Assembly: GCA_951406725.2 (NCBI GenBank)
Contig: OX597814.1
Span: 179,800,001 to 179,864,000, forward strand
Direction of reading: 5' to 3'
DNA: 64,000 bases
From: Octopus vulgaris
Taxonomy: Eukaryota
Under the pieces are notes generated by a model, which saw only the letters and a program-made list of their open reading frames with translations, did no database searches and was not told the DNA's origin. The position numbers were made by a program, and so were the translations under genes. How positions within the stretch are numbered: position 1 is the first letter of the stretch; every line of letters begins with the position of its first letter. Of this stretch, positions 24,512 through 39,460 are shown piece by piece.

Positions 24512-27500
24512 GCTGGTAGGGTTGATGACCAAGGTCATGCTCATGAAGATCTACACGATCATCATGGTGACAAGCTTTATGTTGACGAAGATGAATTTGA
24601 TCCCGTTAAGAATAACAGTATGAATTACGAGGTGTATTGAAACAATGTTCGGTGGTTATATTAAAATTTATGGACCAGTCATAATGTTTAAGTTCTTATA
24701 ATTACGAAGTTGGTAGGCCCGAATCATTCCAGATATATGAAAACAATAAAGTGTCCATATCGAACGTTGTGATTAGCTGCGTTACAATGTTATACACTTG
24801 ATATATCGCCTTTTTTAACACCTCCACCACAATTTCTTTTGGCAGTAGTTAGTGGAATTCCCTTTGCTGCAAGCATTTAGGTTCATATTTAATTCTCTAC
24901 ACTTGATGTTCATATGTTCAGGCTCTACCTTGACCACATGAATCAGACTAGAATGAGACTGCCTGCAAACTTCTAGGCACGGCCTTAGACTGACAGACTT
25001 ATAGAGCGTAGGAAGATTCTAAACATGTCATTCAATGGCTGTCGACTGACGATGAATGCCAGTCGACTTTCGACAGAGTTCCCATACGTGGATCCTGAAA
25101 ATATGAGCCCTTTAGTATAGCACTGGTAATAAGCACATATATTATACAAATTCTCGATAAATGGTATATATTTCTCAAAATACAGGAAGTGAGGAAACTA
25201 ACTCTATCTCTATTACAAGTGAAACATAACAAGAGGTCCCGCTCCATTTCATTTGTGTCTGGTACAAACACACTTAAGCGACATTCTAAACTAGGAAGGG
25301 GTCGGAGCAATCAGTCTCTTTGGCATTTTATTTTGTTTTTCAGTAAATACAGCTCAGAAAGTACCCAGATTTAATATAGAAAATTATACGTTTTAAAAAT
25401 ACTTCTGGCGAACCTGAATAATGCAATATCAAGTAAGATTAGAATCTCATGTTAGATAAAGGAAACGAGGTAACAGAATCGAACAAAACACAAACTTTTA
25501 AATACCGCGGAAATAATAATCTATATGGTACAAAGAAGCGTTAGTGATATTACAGACGCATTAACTAAATAATTAAAACAGCTCTATTTGCAAAAGAATA
25601 AGCTAGTAGACAGGTGTCTGTTTATTTCTTGCATGTATCTGTAGCTAGATCTTGAAGGAAATAATCATGCATTTTTAAAATGCAAGGATATAATGAAGAC
25701 AGTATAAGGAAATTATGTCAATTATCTCACAAGGTTTTTTGAACACATATCTAGTTTTGATAATTTACTACAAACTGAAAGGAAACATTCCACGTTCTAG
25801 TTTCATATTAAGTTCATATTTTATTTCGGTCTTGCTAAAACATATTATAGTAGAATGTAGATTAGGATATATAGCACCTGATTTATGTTGTTTTATCATA
25901 TATAGGTAACCATCCGTCCCGATTACTCCCTAAATAACAGACTGCCGAACAGAAAATTTCACGAAATACCTCTTCATAGTGGAGAGACGTCACATTAACT
26001 TGAAAGCAAAACGTTATTTCCTTCTTCCCCCTTTCTTCAAGCAGCCTATGCCTCTTCAAATAAGTTTGCGGAAATGCAGAAATGTCACAATAGATCAGTA
26101 GTATTTAGCATTTATTCTATGCCAAATATTTTTGTAACCATACACTTTGTATCTCGTAATAACAATCTTAGTTGTAGAAAAGACTTCCTTGTACTCCTAG
26201 TAAATATCATCTTACTCTGATAGCTTTTCGCCGACATATTCTAAATGCAAAAACTATTTTCCCTCTGCTCCTATCTCCCCTCCTAAATTCGCATAGACTT
26301 TTGTCGAGAATATTAATATAACTTATTACTATAACAGCTGCATATTGATACCGATTATCTTATTTCGGAAGTATTTACATTCGTTTACCATTTTATATAA
26401 CGTGTCGAAAATATCGCTTCGTAAGAAAAAAATTCAGAACTTAATAAGTAGTTACCTCAACGAGTTGCTCATCTTAAGGCATCTCAATCAGTTGAAGGAA
26501 AGCGAGCAAAATATACATTAACCTTCAATTTTAAAATATATTACGATTCTTAAATGTCTAAATGATGTAACAACTTGATTGAGGTGTATATTTTTTACAT
26601 GACACTGTACAGTGGAAAAATAAAAATCCTGGGAGAAATTAAACAGGTTTTGTTACCAGGTATGTGGCTTCAGTTAAACTAACATTTTGAGTAATTTGAC
26701 AGTAATATGAAAAAATATAGGAAAAATATACGTTTCCTTTATAGCATTGTGAACTTCCCTCAAACATTCTGTTCATTGAATTGATGAAATAGTAAGGCAT
26801 CTCACAATTTTCATTGCGTCATGTCGTTTCATTAATGCAAGTTCAAATTTCTAATCTCGCGGAAGCCATCGTTTCTTTTAACCCTTCCGGAGTCAATAAA
26901 AGAACATAACAGTTCTATATCGTGGTTGATATATTGAACTATGTTTCTAAATGTAAGGCCTTGTGCTGATGCTAATCACCATATACTTGTTTTAGTTCTG
27001 ATATTTTACAAGTGATACATACAAGAAAGGTCTATTAACCATACAAAACTAGGTGTTCGTTCGAACAATATCAGAATAACAACGTCCTATAATTTTGTGA
27101 TCGTTTCCGTAGAGTATAATTAAGTGTGGGAACATTTGGTTGTAAGTTGAACGAACTGATAAATATCTTAAAAAGCCAGAAAGGGCAATGTCTACTCGGT
27201 AGGAATACATCAAGAACTACATTATCAAATATAGTTTCTGGTGAACAAAAACAATTTGACCTTTAGAACGCTTTTGATCAAAAATGCTTGGGTTTAAAAA
27301 GGTAATCAATTTGTGGCCTAAATGTGAAAGAAAAGCACAATTCTAACAGACTAGTCTCGACGTTCTGCAATGAAACACTCAGCTAAATATACATTTGTTC
27401 AATATATTTTGTTTGTTTGTATTTAGGCATTCAAGTTTATTTAAATGTAAACACTATAGACTAAACGGAGAGTCTTTCTATTTTTGAATAACTCATTAAA

Positions 27501-28015
27501 AAATTTCATTACGCTAATATTCTCTTTCTTATAAAACAAACATCATAGCCACGTGATTTTTTTTTATATCTGTTTGTTTATTCGTTATTATATTTTTTAT
27601 TATTTCACTTTAATAATCGGCAAATGAATTTTCTCAATATACATCAATAAACTGCGATTTTGTTTCTTAATCTTTTATTTTTAAGTCAACTGAAAATGTT
27701 TTTCTATTAAATTTTAATTTTGACTTCTGAACATCAAAGGCAATCGTTTCGCAATATAGTTGACAATTTTGTAAAGTAATTAATTGAATAGTCGTCTTCT
27801 TTGCATAAATTATTAGTAGATATTATTGTGTTGTTAGTTTCTTCTATAGTTTTTTTTGTGTGTATGTGGTTGAGTACCATTTCTTTTCTGTTTAAATAGT
27901 TAAATATACCTGCAGACATTTAACAAGGAATATAAATATGTTATCCAACAATAAACATACGGTTAAACAATTGTCCTTTAGGAAAGAATAAAAACAACAT
28001 CCGGTGTTTAAGAAA

Positions 28016-28021
28016 GTAGTT

Positions 28022-28089
<68 letters not shown>

Positions 28090-28162
28090 CGTGGTGGTGG
28101 CGGTGGTGGAGTTATTATCATTATTATCATTATCATTATTATCATTATTATTATTATCATCA

Positions 28163-28229
<67 letters not shown>

Positions 28230-28269
28230 CATCATCATCATTATTATTATTATCATTATTATTATTATA

Positions 28270-28322
<53 letters not shown>

Positions 28323-28350
28323 CATTATCACTACTATTGTTGTTGTTGTG
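28016..28350. repeat. Compound trinucleotide microsatellite (GTA/GTG/TTA/TCA/TTG)
   Basis: Direct reading. Confidence 0.98.
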
Positions 28351-29096
28351 ATTAGACAAAATAGCTCTATTTACACTGCTGGGTTAAAAATAGAAGTAAT
28401 CAATATTTAATTAAGGATGAAAAAATTGCAAAGAGGTTGATTCAGCTGTTTATTTTTATTTATTTCATTTTTAGTTCTTTTTGTTTCAGTTCATTAAATA
28501 TTAAGTATTTAACATCTTGAAAATTCATTCATTCATCTAGATCATAGAATTATTAATGTCGAGGTTGAAAATTCAATTACCATTTATATTGAATGCTTCA
28601 TCGGATTATATCGGGCGTAGACTGATAAACAGCCAGTTCGAATCCTATTTGAAAATTGTATTCCATTTTTGTTTATTTGTTTATTGTGGTATTATCATTC
28701 TTAATCTCGTATGAAGAGCGCAGATGAACGAATCAATGGTGTATGAATTTATATTTTGTAACTAGAGTTCATATCCTATGTCTGGCATTCATATCCCTTC
28801 GAATTCATTAACTGAGACAATAGCACTTAAATTTCTACGCTGGCATGAATGAACGATTAAGAAGATCACTTCACAGTCAGTGTATTTTCTCAATGTCGGA
28901 GCCGTCTTCATTCCGAGATGCAGAAAATTTTTTGCTTAACCATGGTAACCCATTTACCCAGAACAACGAAAGCGAATATATAATTATTAAACGCGTGTAA
29001 GTGTACCTATATACGTCTATTCATCAACGAGCTGCATTGGTACCCAATTGTGACTTTAACACTTCTAAGACAGCAGGCTTTACTCTGCGTGCTTTA

Positions 29097-29595
29097 GCTT
29101 CCGTTCGCGGGTGATTTTTACCAGCAATTCTCGGGAGTGGCCATGGGAATGAGAATGGGCCCCAACTATGCGAACCTGTTCATTGGCTACGTTGGGGCTC
29201 AAATATTCTCAAGTTTCACTGGTCCCACTCCCGAGCAATACGGTCGTTGCATTGACGACCGTATCGGTGCGACCTCACTCTCCCGCGAACTAGACACCTT
29301 CCTCTCTTTTGTCAACTCTTGCCATCCTGCTCTCCACTTTTCCTGCACTATTTCCAACACTTCAGTCGCCTTTCTCGACATTTCGGTCAGAATACATCAC
29401 TCCACTCTCACCACCTCCATCCACTACAAACACACAGACTGACACTTATACTTCAACTTCTCCTCCTCCCACCCTGGAAACACCAATCTCCCCATCCCCT
29501 ATTCCCGATTCCTCCGTCTTTGCAGGGTCTGTAGTGATAACCATAACTTTGAGACTCAGTCTCAAATCATGGCTCGCCACCTCATCCTACAGTGG
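29097..29595 (+). mobile_element. Penelope-like reverse transcriptase remnant
   Basis: FYQQFSGVAMGMRMGPNYANLFIG, YGRCIDD, VAFLDI, YKHTD*HLYFNFSSSHP, IPYSRFLRLCRVCS are PLE RT and thumb motifs. Confidence 0.92.
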
Positions 29596-29662
29596 TGTAT
29601 GTGGGAGTGGAATGTGTGGGATGAGGTAGGGGTGGGATGGGATATATAGGGCTGGCGGGGTT

Positions 29663-29726
29663 GGAATCAAACTCGGAATATTGGAGTTAGTAGCCCGCGC
29701 TCTTAACCACTACGCCATATGCCTGT
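29663..29726 (-). mobile_element. tRNA-like SINE head fragment
   Basis: Minus: tggcgtagtgg (A-box-like) ... gagtttgattcc (B-box-like); no full cloverleaf. Confidence 0.6.
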
Positions 29727-29893
29727 GGGCATATCTACATGCGTTTAGTAGCGACTGACTGAATAAAAAGTAGTCAATACCTTAATTGACGATAGTGTTA
29801 TTTTTTCGAGACACTTGCTATCTATTCTGGAGTTCCGCTTGTATGCTCACTGAGCCACAGGCAAATTATAATTGAAAATGTTTGTCCATACAT

Positions 29894-30000
<107 letters not shown>

Positions 30001-30891
30001 GGAGGGAGAGAGACAGACAGACACATGTATATATATGATTCATGTTATAGTATGTCCATCCTACATTATTTCCCTTTCAGTCCACTAGTTTTCCTTTTCT
30101 CTTTTCCTTTTCCTTCCCCCTTCCTTTCGTACTTTCTTTTCTCGTTATCTTTACATTTTTTTTCAACACTTCACTTTCAGCCCTAGGACAGATATCCTAC
30201 ATATACACATTAACTCCATGAAAATCTTCAATCTAACTTGCCTGGTGTCTCACTGAGCGCACAAGTGAAACTCCAGTGCAGCAAGGGACTAACTTCACCA
30301 AAACGTATATGTATGTATGTATGTGCATATATGTATGAGTGTATTTATTTTGCATTTTCTTATTACTCTGTATTCATTTTATTTCCTTTAGCCAAGAGAA
30401 TATATATATCAAGGATCATAGAATAAGTCCTTTGTCGATCAAGGTTGACAACAAAGAGTGTATGCGCAAGCGTTGCAAAAGTTACTTTTTAGGAGCTTCC
30501 CATGTTGCAAGTCCCTAATCTATGTGCTACTGAGCTTCATCCAAGGAAAAGCTCGCCGACTTGAGCGAATACAACTTGCTACAAATGTCTGCGCAAGCGT
30601 TATTAATAGAACGCAAAGAGGTGGAAGAATAAATTCAACATAACATACGAAATAAACAAACACATATACAGAATTCTTTTTTCATACAAGAAATAAAAAA
30701 ATAAATTCAACGAAAAATATCGACCTAAATATTAAGAACGAAATATCAGAATTAGTAAAGAAAGAGAAAAATTATATATAAAATAAACTACAGAAAATAT
30801 ATAGCAAATTCCATAGCCAATGAACCGAAAGGTTAAAAGAAATAGACCGCCGTACAAAAAACCTCGTACAACTTGATTATCTTCATTTGCG

Positions 30892-31153
30892 AAATAAATA
30901 AATGAATGGCCCTTTTAAAGCCTAGCCAGGCTCATGGGCCCGGTTTCCCGGTTTCTATGGTGTATGTGTTACCCAGCTGGACGGGACGCCAGTCCATCGC
31001 AGCGTTACTCATTTTTGCCAGCTGAGTGGACTGGAGCAACGTGAAATGAAGTGTTTTGCTCAAGAACACAACGCGTCGCCCGGTCCAGGAATCGAAACCA
31101 CAATCTTGCGATCATGATGCTGACACCCTAACCACTAAGCCACGCGCCTCCAC
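30892..31153 (-). mobile_element. tRNA-derived SINE family B, full length
   Basis: Minus head tggcttagtgg...ggtttcgattcc; 11-bp TSD cttcatttgcg (30881-30891, 31154-31164); second copy at ~46875-47140. Confidence 0.92.
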
Positions 31154-32680
31154 CTTCATTTGCGTACTGATATCAAACGATACCCAGGCTGGTTTCGCTT
31201 TTCCTTATTCTGCGATCGGTAAAAGTATGTACTATTCACTTACTTTGTATAAAACATTCCACATTGAGTCAATATAATTGAATATACCCTTGAATAGGGT
31301 GTCCCTGAATTGCCTCCGTTAAATAACTGACACAGCACGAAAATAATGACTCTATTATAGTTTCCACAGACAAGGTTAACTATAATATTGAATTTTTTTT
31401 TTTTTCAGTAAAAGTATTTAACAAAAAAGATGCTTTTAGAAAATCTAAAAATGTTGTTATATGACTCCAACAAAATATACGAAACAAAAAATGATACTGA
31501 TCAGGCAATTAATCAACATAGAAAAAACAGGAGGCAATGAAATATATAGTTAATAACAGTGAATAACATAAGTAGAATGAAAGTTACTGACTAATGTATG
31601 TGTCTGCATATATATATACATATATGTATATATATGTGTGTGTGTATATACACACTCACATACACACATATATGTATATTAACTCAGCTATGTTCTAATT
31701 CAATAAAAGCTAAATCATAATGTCAGCTACAAAAAAAAATGCTCTTGAGAACTCTTAGCTATTAGGAAAACAAATAATGGACAGTGAAAATATAGAAGAG
31801 AGTATCATAGTGAAAGTAAATATTTCCTTAACGTGAATAGATACTGGATTATTGACAATGTAGACATTGCTATAAAATATAACTCTTTAAACACAATAGC
31901 AATGAATCAGAGTAGAAAATTATGGTTCCGCGAAACTTCAGACGAACATCTCATAGTAATGATAGAAATTAAACCAATCTGCTCTCACAAAGAAATCGTA
32001 ATTAAAAGCACTGCAAATTATGGTAACAAAACAAAATGATGCTAAGGGAGTTTGAGTATAAATACCTTGAAACACTTTACATATAATTAGATAAATTAAT
32101 CTTCTGTCAAAGACCGGAATTCCTGTGGGACTAACTATTATCCCGAACTGAGAAAGTTTATGTTTGTGTAACTTGGAAAACTTTAGGATTTGGGAAAGAA
32201 ACGTTCTTATTTGGTGTAAACAAATTCAGCTATCGTTTCAAAAACATTAATGATCAAAAATATGATTAATGATGATGGTTTACAAATTGTTTAGAATTAT
32301 ATCTATCAAACGATTTGAAATCATAAAAATGAAAGTAACTAGATATCAGCCAGGTTTTACGAATAACAATGGAAAATTTACGTATAATGATAACATAAAT
32401 AATTACTAGTTCGTTGAGAGAAATGCTTTATCTTTACAGTAATAAGACGAGCAACATATTCTGCTCAATAATGTACTCAATTTTTCATATTCTGTACAAC
32501 CACAATTATTAAGATTATGGAGAAAAGTAATGTTGTACATAACTTCAAAATTAATGTGGAACAATGAAAGTACAAGTGTCAGCAAAATACATATAACACA
32601 ATAAATTTATATAAAGATTTTTGTTTCTAATTAACGCAAATGACCTGTTATTTTGAAGAGTGTGGTATAGTTGATAATAA

Positions 32681-32911
32681 GGCGGCGAACTGGCAGAAAC
32701 GTTAGCACGCCGAGCAAAATGCGTAGCCGTATTTCGTCTGCCGTTACGTTCTGAGTTCAAATTCCGCCGAGGTCGACTTTGCCTTTCATCCTTTCGGGGT
32801 CGATAAATTAAGTACCAGTTACGCACTGGGGTCGATGTAATCGACTTAATCCGTTTGTCTGTCCTTGTTTGTCCCCTCTGTGTTTAGCCCCTTGTGGGTA
32901 GTAAAGAAATA
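32681..32911 (+). mobile_element. SINE family A, full-length copy
   Basis: Complete head and core; 13-bp TSD ggtatagttgata (32664-32676, 32912-32924). Confidence 0.95.
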
Positions 32912-33095
32912 GGTATAGTTGATACTGTCTGTTCTAGTACATGACTTGGTACATTATAATATCGATACCGAAGGATAAAGTGAAAGTTGACTTACGACCA
33001 GTTTGAACTCAGAACATAAACAATCAGAAGAAGCACAAGGCGTTCTTTCCGATGATCTAACAATTCAGCCGATCTACCGCTCTGATTAATTCTGA

Positions 33096-33312
33096 TTTCA
33101 AATTTTGGCACAAGGCCAAGAATTTGGGGCTGGGACAGAGGATAAGTCAGTTCCATTGACACCAGTACTCAAATGGTACTTCTTTTACGGACCTCGAAAG
33201 ACTGAAAGGCAAAGTCGGCCTCGGCGGAATTTGAACTCAGAACGTGAAGACGAATGAAATGCCGCTAAGCATTTCACCCGACTTACTAATGATTCTGCCA
33301 GCTCGCCGTCTT
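33096..33312 (-). mobile_element. SINE family A copy
   Basis: Reverse complement of family A; more decayed copy at ~32950-33080. Confidence 0.85.
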
Positions 33313-33510
33313 AAAACAGTCTGTGTACCTGATGCCATAATGACTTAGCAAATAGGAGTAGCCGCCGTAAGTAATATTTAAGTAAGTGTTAAAAATTTTA
33401 ATCTAGTAGAAATATAACAATATAATTAACAAAGAAATTAACATACACCTTGGCAAACATCAATAGAAAATTCTGAAACCTTTTGTATTCTAATTGGAGA
33501 TTTGTATACT

Positions 33511-34056
33511 AGCAGAATCGTTAGCACGCCGGGCGAAATGCGTAGCCGTATTTCGTCTGCCGTTACGTTCTGAGTTCAAATTCCGCCGAGGTCGACTTGC
33601 CTTTCATCCTTTCGGGGTCGATAAATTAAGTACCAGTTACGCACTGGGGTCGATGTAATCGACTTAATACCTATGTCTGTCCTTGTTTGTCCCCTCTGTG
33701 TTTAGCCCCTTGTGGGTAATAAAGAAATACGTATTTCGTCTGCCGTTACGTTCTGGGTTTAAATTCCGCCGAGGTCGACACTGCCTTTAATCCCTTCGGG
33801 ATCGATAAATTAAGTACCAGTTACGCACTGTGGTCGATATAATCGACTTAATCCGTTTGTCTGTCCTTGTTTGTCCCCTCTTTGTTTAGCTCCTTGTGGG
33901 CAATAAAGAAATAAGTATTTCGTCTGCCGCTACGTTCTGAGCTCAAATTCCACCGAGGTCGACTTTGCCTTTCATCGTTTCGGGGTCGATTAAGCAAGTA
34001 CCAGTTACGGACGGGGGTCACACAAATTTCAGGCCCCGTTCCTATGTTAGAAAGGA
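33511..34056 (+). mobile_element. SINE family A head-to-tail trimer
   Basis: Units ~33511-33730, 33731-33914 and 33915-34056; units 2 and 3 start at gtatttcgtctgcc. Confidence 0.92.
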
Positions 34057-34465
34057 TATTTTGTGGTTTCGCGTTAATTTTCCGTAGATAAAACGTAGAA
34101 AGACAGATTGTTATTATATCATAATGGTTTCTATTGTCTAAATCTCCTTCCTAAATTTCTCAGAATTTTCTTCTATCTTATAAATAACTTCTGAATTACC
34201 ATAGGGATTATAAACGGAAGAAGCATTTGAACAAGCATTTCTATATTCTACCCTGTGTAATTTCAATAAACATATCATCTGGTCACGCAACAGTGTCGTT
34301 CCATGTAATCCCGATAAACATTTGTTTACTCTGTTGTTATCTGTACCCTATGAGCATAGTGTGCCTTAATGCCCATGCTCTGAGATAACACAGGTAACTT
34401 AATACCGATAGTAAATACGGATATTTTATCACTTTGTCGGTTACTATAACCGCTAACTCTGCTTG

Positions 34466-34467
<2 letters not shown>

Positions 34468-34545
<78 letters not shown>

Positions 34546-34566
34546 AAGACAGACAGACAGACAGAA

Positions 34567-34617
<51 letters not shown>

Positions 34618-34630
34618 AAGACAGACAGAG
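34468..34630. repeat. (TA)n-(GA)n-(GACA)n compound microsatellite
   Basis: Direct reading. Confidence 0.98.
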
Positions 34631-34861
34631 AGTGTCATGGGTAAATTATCACTATTTTATATTTCTAATTTCGAAGTGTGATTGAACCAGGAATCATATG
34701 GCTGGAGACCAAACTTTTTCACATAGAACCACGTCTGCGCCTGTATATATATTTATATGTATATTCATACATACGTGCACATAAATGTCTATAGATATGC
34801 ATGTATGTATGTATACATATATAACGAAATGTTATTATATATATATATACGTGTGTATATA

Positions 34862-34914
<53 letters not shown>

Positions 34915-35447
34915 GTATACACATACATATACGTACACAGACTCACAGACACACATACACACAAATATATACATGCTCATACAGATAGTAGCTTCTCAAG
35001 TTTTGTTATAACACCTGATTTTTTTTAGAATTTACATTGCATTGCAAGCATATATTACCAACTATATAAACCAAAATTACAATGAATAGACCAAAGGAAA
35101 ACATATAAACAGCGAAGGAATGAAATAGGAGCTACACAATACATATGTAATAAGTCATATACAATCAAGAGACTTTTCCTTTTCCTGTTGGCAGAAGATT
35201 GCTTCTTTAGTTTTATATTTTACCTCCTTTGATTTATTCAAACCAAATATTTCTAGTGCACAACTGAATATTAAAAACATAAGGAACGCATAAATTGCAT
35301 GTAATTTGTTGATAAAGGAAGGATTGTACTATAATTAACGATAAACACAAACAAGATAATGTTTTATTATGCGTAACGACATCATTCGTAAAAGATTCTT
35401 TGTGCTTTTCCCCTTAATATGTTTACATGTGAGTGTGCGTATGTGTA

Positions 35448-35490
<43 letters not shown>

Positions 35491-35850
35491 AAGAGAGACA
35501 AACAGAGTGAATGTGTATGTGTGAGTAGGTGACTGTGTGAGTGCGTGCGTGAGTGTATGCAGGCGTGCATGCACACAAAGACACGCACACAATCACTTAT
35601 ACACACGCACACACAAACACACCTATATGCATATGTGTATGTATATATGCATGTGTGCAACTTCCCTCGACTTATTCTCATGCATATATGTGCGTGTATG
35701 CATACAGACATTCATGCATACATCCATACATATACATAGACACATATATACATAGTATATATAGATATCTATGTATATATATATATATATATGCGCGTGT
35801 GTTTATATATATATATATATATGTATAGGTATGTATATACATGAGGCGGT

Positions 35851-36162
35851 AGGGGCGACCCGTTCCAGTCATGAATGACCATGGTACTGTACATAGAATG
35901 TTGACCCCAAGGTTATTTATGGAAGGCCAGCAGTCACCCATGCATACCATCCTCTCCTCTCCACGCCAACAGTGTTATCCAAGGGAAAGGCAAAGGCCGA
36001 CACAGCTTGGCACCAGTGATGTTGCAATTCATTTCTAAATCTGAGTTAACTGAAGCAACATGAATATAAAGTGTCTTGTCAAGAACACAACACGCAGCCC
36101 GGTCCGAGAATCGAACTCAAAACCTCACAATCGTAAGCTCGAAGCTCTAACCACTGAGCCAT
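35851..36162 (-). mobile_element. tRNA-derived SINE family C
   Basis: Minus head tggctcagtggttagagc...gagttcgattct; homologous to 54508-54842. Confidence 0.85.
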
Positions 36163-36560
36163 GAATACATACATACATACATACATACATACATACATAC
36201 ATACATACATACATACATACATACATACATACATACATACATACATACATACATAAGCACAGGGAGGAGTCACAAATTAATTTAAGATCTGCAAAATTCA
36301 GGAAAAGTGATAAATAACGATAACTCTGCTGAATTTCTAGGACAACATAGGCAAACAAATAAAATTTTATTAGAAACATCAGACTATTTCCAGATGGCTT
36401 CCATTATTTGTGCGAAACGCATCTAGTCGATTTCAACTTTAATAGATATGATAAACAGTAGAAGTTATAAAGATAATTCATGAACATCCTGTATGTATGC
36501 ATGTATGCATGTATGTATGTATGTATGTATACATATATATATACATATATATATATATAT

Positions 36561-36627
<67 letters not shown>

Positions 36628-36735
36628 TTACACTTCTATTAGAGGTTCTCTTAACCTCAAGAAGGGATGGTTTCACCCAAGGAAATATTGGTTCAATACC
36701 AAGTATTTTGGGGCAATTAATTTCCTTAACATAAT

Positions 36736-37151
36736 GCTCTTTACTCTTTTACTCTTTTACTCTTTACTCTTTTACTTGTTTCAGTCATTTAACTGCGGCC
36801 ATGCTGGAGCACCGCCTTTAGTCGAGCAAATCGACCCCGGGACTTATTCTTTGTAAGCCCAGTACTTTTTCTATCGGTCTCTTTTGCCGAACCGCTAGAT
36901 GACGGGGGACGTAAACACACAGCATCGGTTGTCAAGCAATGCTAGGGGGACAAACACAGACACACATACATATATATATACATATATACATATATACGAC
37001 AGGCTTTTTTCAGTTTCTTTCTACCAAATCCACTCACAAGGCATTGGTCGGCCCGGGGCTATAGCAGAAGACACTTGCCCAAGATGCCACGCAGTGGGAC
37101 TGAACCCGGAACCATGTGGTTGGTTAGCAAGCTACTTACCACACAGCCATG
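36736..37151 (-). mobile_element. tRNA-derived SINE family D with internal microsatellite
   Basis: Reverse complement of 51595-52051; short tandem-repeat tail at 36738-36775. Confidence 0.9.
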
Positions 37152-38330
37152 GTTTTATATTCATATAAAAGAAGAAAATTGATAATTATTAACAGCAAAT
37201 TAGTCATCATCCTTACAGCTGTTTCACTTAATACCCAGTAAATATTAAGTAAATATTGAATTTATATCACCTGAGCATAATATCTTTAGATGTTTTATAT
37301 GTGTTTAGGGATCATTATAGCAGCCTGAACTAATCATGTAGAACTGGAACTCAAACTATGAGTATATGTTCGTTTTTTATTAATCACCGGTAGAAGTTAT
37401 TAGCGCAAACTCATTGGTGTCTTCGTTCCTGCGTTTTCGCTTATCAAATTGGTTTCGATGAGCGAAACACTCGCATGATACTTTCGGCCCTTGAGTAACG
37501 CGGTAACTTCCAACGACTGATTATTATTAAAAAGTGTAGAGTGGGAATATATCTTTTTTTTCTAATCTCTGAAACATTTACAAAAGTGACTTGAGAGCCA
37601 ATAATTACAAGTATGACATCATTATTGTTAAATGCCATGAACTCACACAGAAACACATACACAGCAACAACAAAAACGGATGCACGCATATATTTTGTAA
37701 ACTTGGCACGCTGAAATGTCGTATAAATTGCCATTTCTAAAAGATATTTACTCCAAACGATACAATACTGACTTCATAGGAACTTTATAGCATTTTCGAA
37801 GAAAAAAGAAACACGATTTCAATGTCGCTTATTAAGTTGTATGATTTTCATTGTTTATACTCGAGGGCTAACATTTCAGGAAATACACACGAGATTAAAT
37901 GTATATATATATATATATATATATTTTTAAAGTGTAAGGACTCTTTTGAATTCTTCTGTATGATAAAATCTTCAAAAAACGTATTTAGAATGTACAAACG
38001 TAGTTTTAGGTTTCATTTAAATGGAATTGTTAAAGAAAATTCTTTTAATGTTTAAATCAAAAATTGTACTTTGTTCTTGCTATTTGGTTTGCAAGATTCT
38101 CGATGTGAATTCGTGTTTTGTCACAAATATTGTATTTATTTAAGGTCATTAATCTAATAAATGTAAAATAAAACACGCGCTGGTTCAATGTTACTCCTTT
38201 GTTTTGTTACTAACCTACTTTACAATTGTTTTGTTGATTGAATAAGCAATTGCTTGCTATTCGTGTCTTCATGAATGGCATGTCTCAATTGTATGTATGA
38301 ATCTATGTGTGTATATATCTATCTATCTAT

Positions 38331-38437
38331 CTCCGCTCGAAACGTAAACCCTCCTTCTTCCCTTCCTTCCTGAGCGTCCAATAATACTATATTTGTTCCA
38401 CGTCCTCGCGTTGTTGTGTTTTCATGTCTGGATTAAC
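38331..38437 (+). mobile_element. Penelope-like 3' tip abutting (TA)n
   Basis: Homologous to the reverse complement of 42333-42455 and 18843-18957. Confidence 0.65.
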
Positions 38438-39056
<619 letters not shown>

Positions 39057-39088
39057 TATACGTTTATATTTATATTTGTTGTGCAAAT

Positions 39089-39133
<45 letters not shown>

Positions 39134-39353
39134 TCAATATAGGGTGGCAAAAAAAATTTTGTAGAATTCTTTTGCCACCAGCGGCCTAGTGGGAAAAAAT
39201 TAAATAGTCATAAACCATTTTTAAGTTCAACATCACAACATCAAGGAACGGCCATAATAGGCCATTCACCCACTAGAAATAACAGCCAAAAGCTTTAACC
39301 GCAAAATAACGTTTCCGTAAACCAGGAGAAAATTGAAAAACATTTACCCTGTA

Positions 39354-39460
39354 ATTTCTTAGACGATGCACCGTTTCATCTTCTGTTTAATGGAAAACTA
39401 ACCTGATTAAATTAAATCAAGCCAATCTATTATAGGCCCTTAGATTCATCAGTAAGAAAT
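39354..39460 (-). ncRNA. Type I hammerhead ribozyme fold with 60-nt helix II insert
   Basis: Minus: auuucuua CUGAUGA aucu [60 nt] agau GAA acgg ugca ucgU C uaagaaau; 8-bp helix I, palindromic UGCA loop, GUC site. Confidence 0.8.

Noticed and set aside
33511-34056. Repeat arrays as possible CRISPR
   Set aside because: Units are ~185-bp SINE copies without unique spacers; eukaryotic context and no cas genes.
34326-34398. Interrupted hairpin (tgttatct/agataaca, gagcat/atgctc)
   Set aside because: Large asymmetric bulge and short stems; not clearly above background.
36382-36428. gacta...gcGAAACGCATCtagtc with a helix I-like pairing
   Set aside because: The CUGANGA core is absent.
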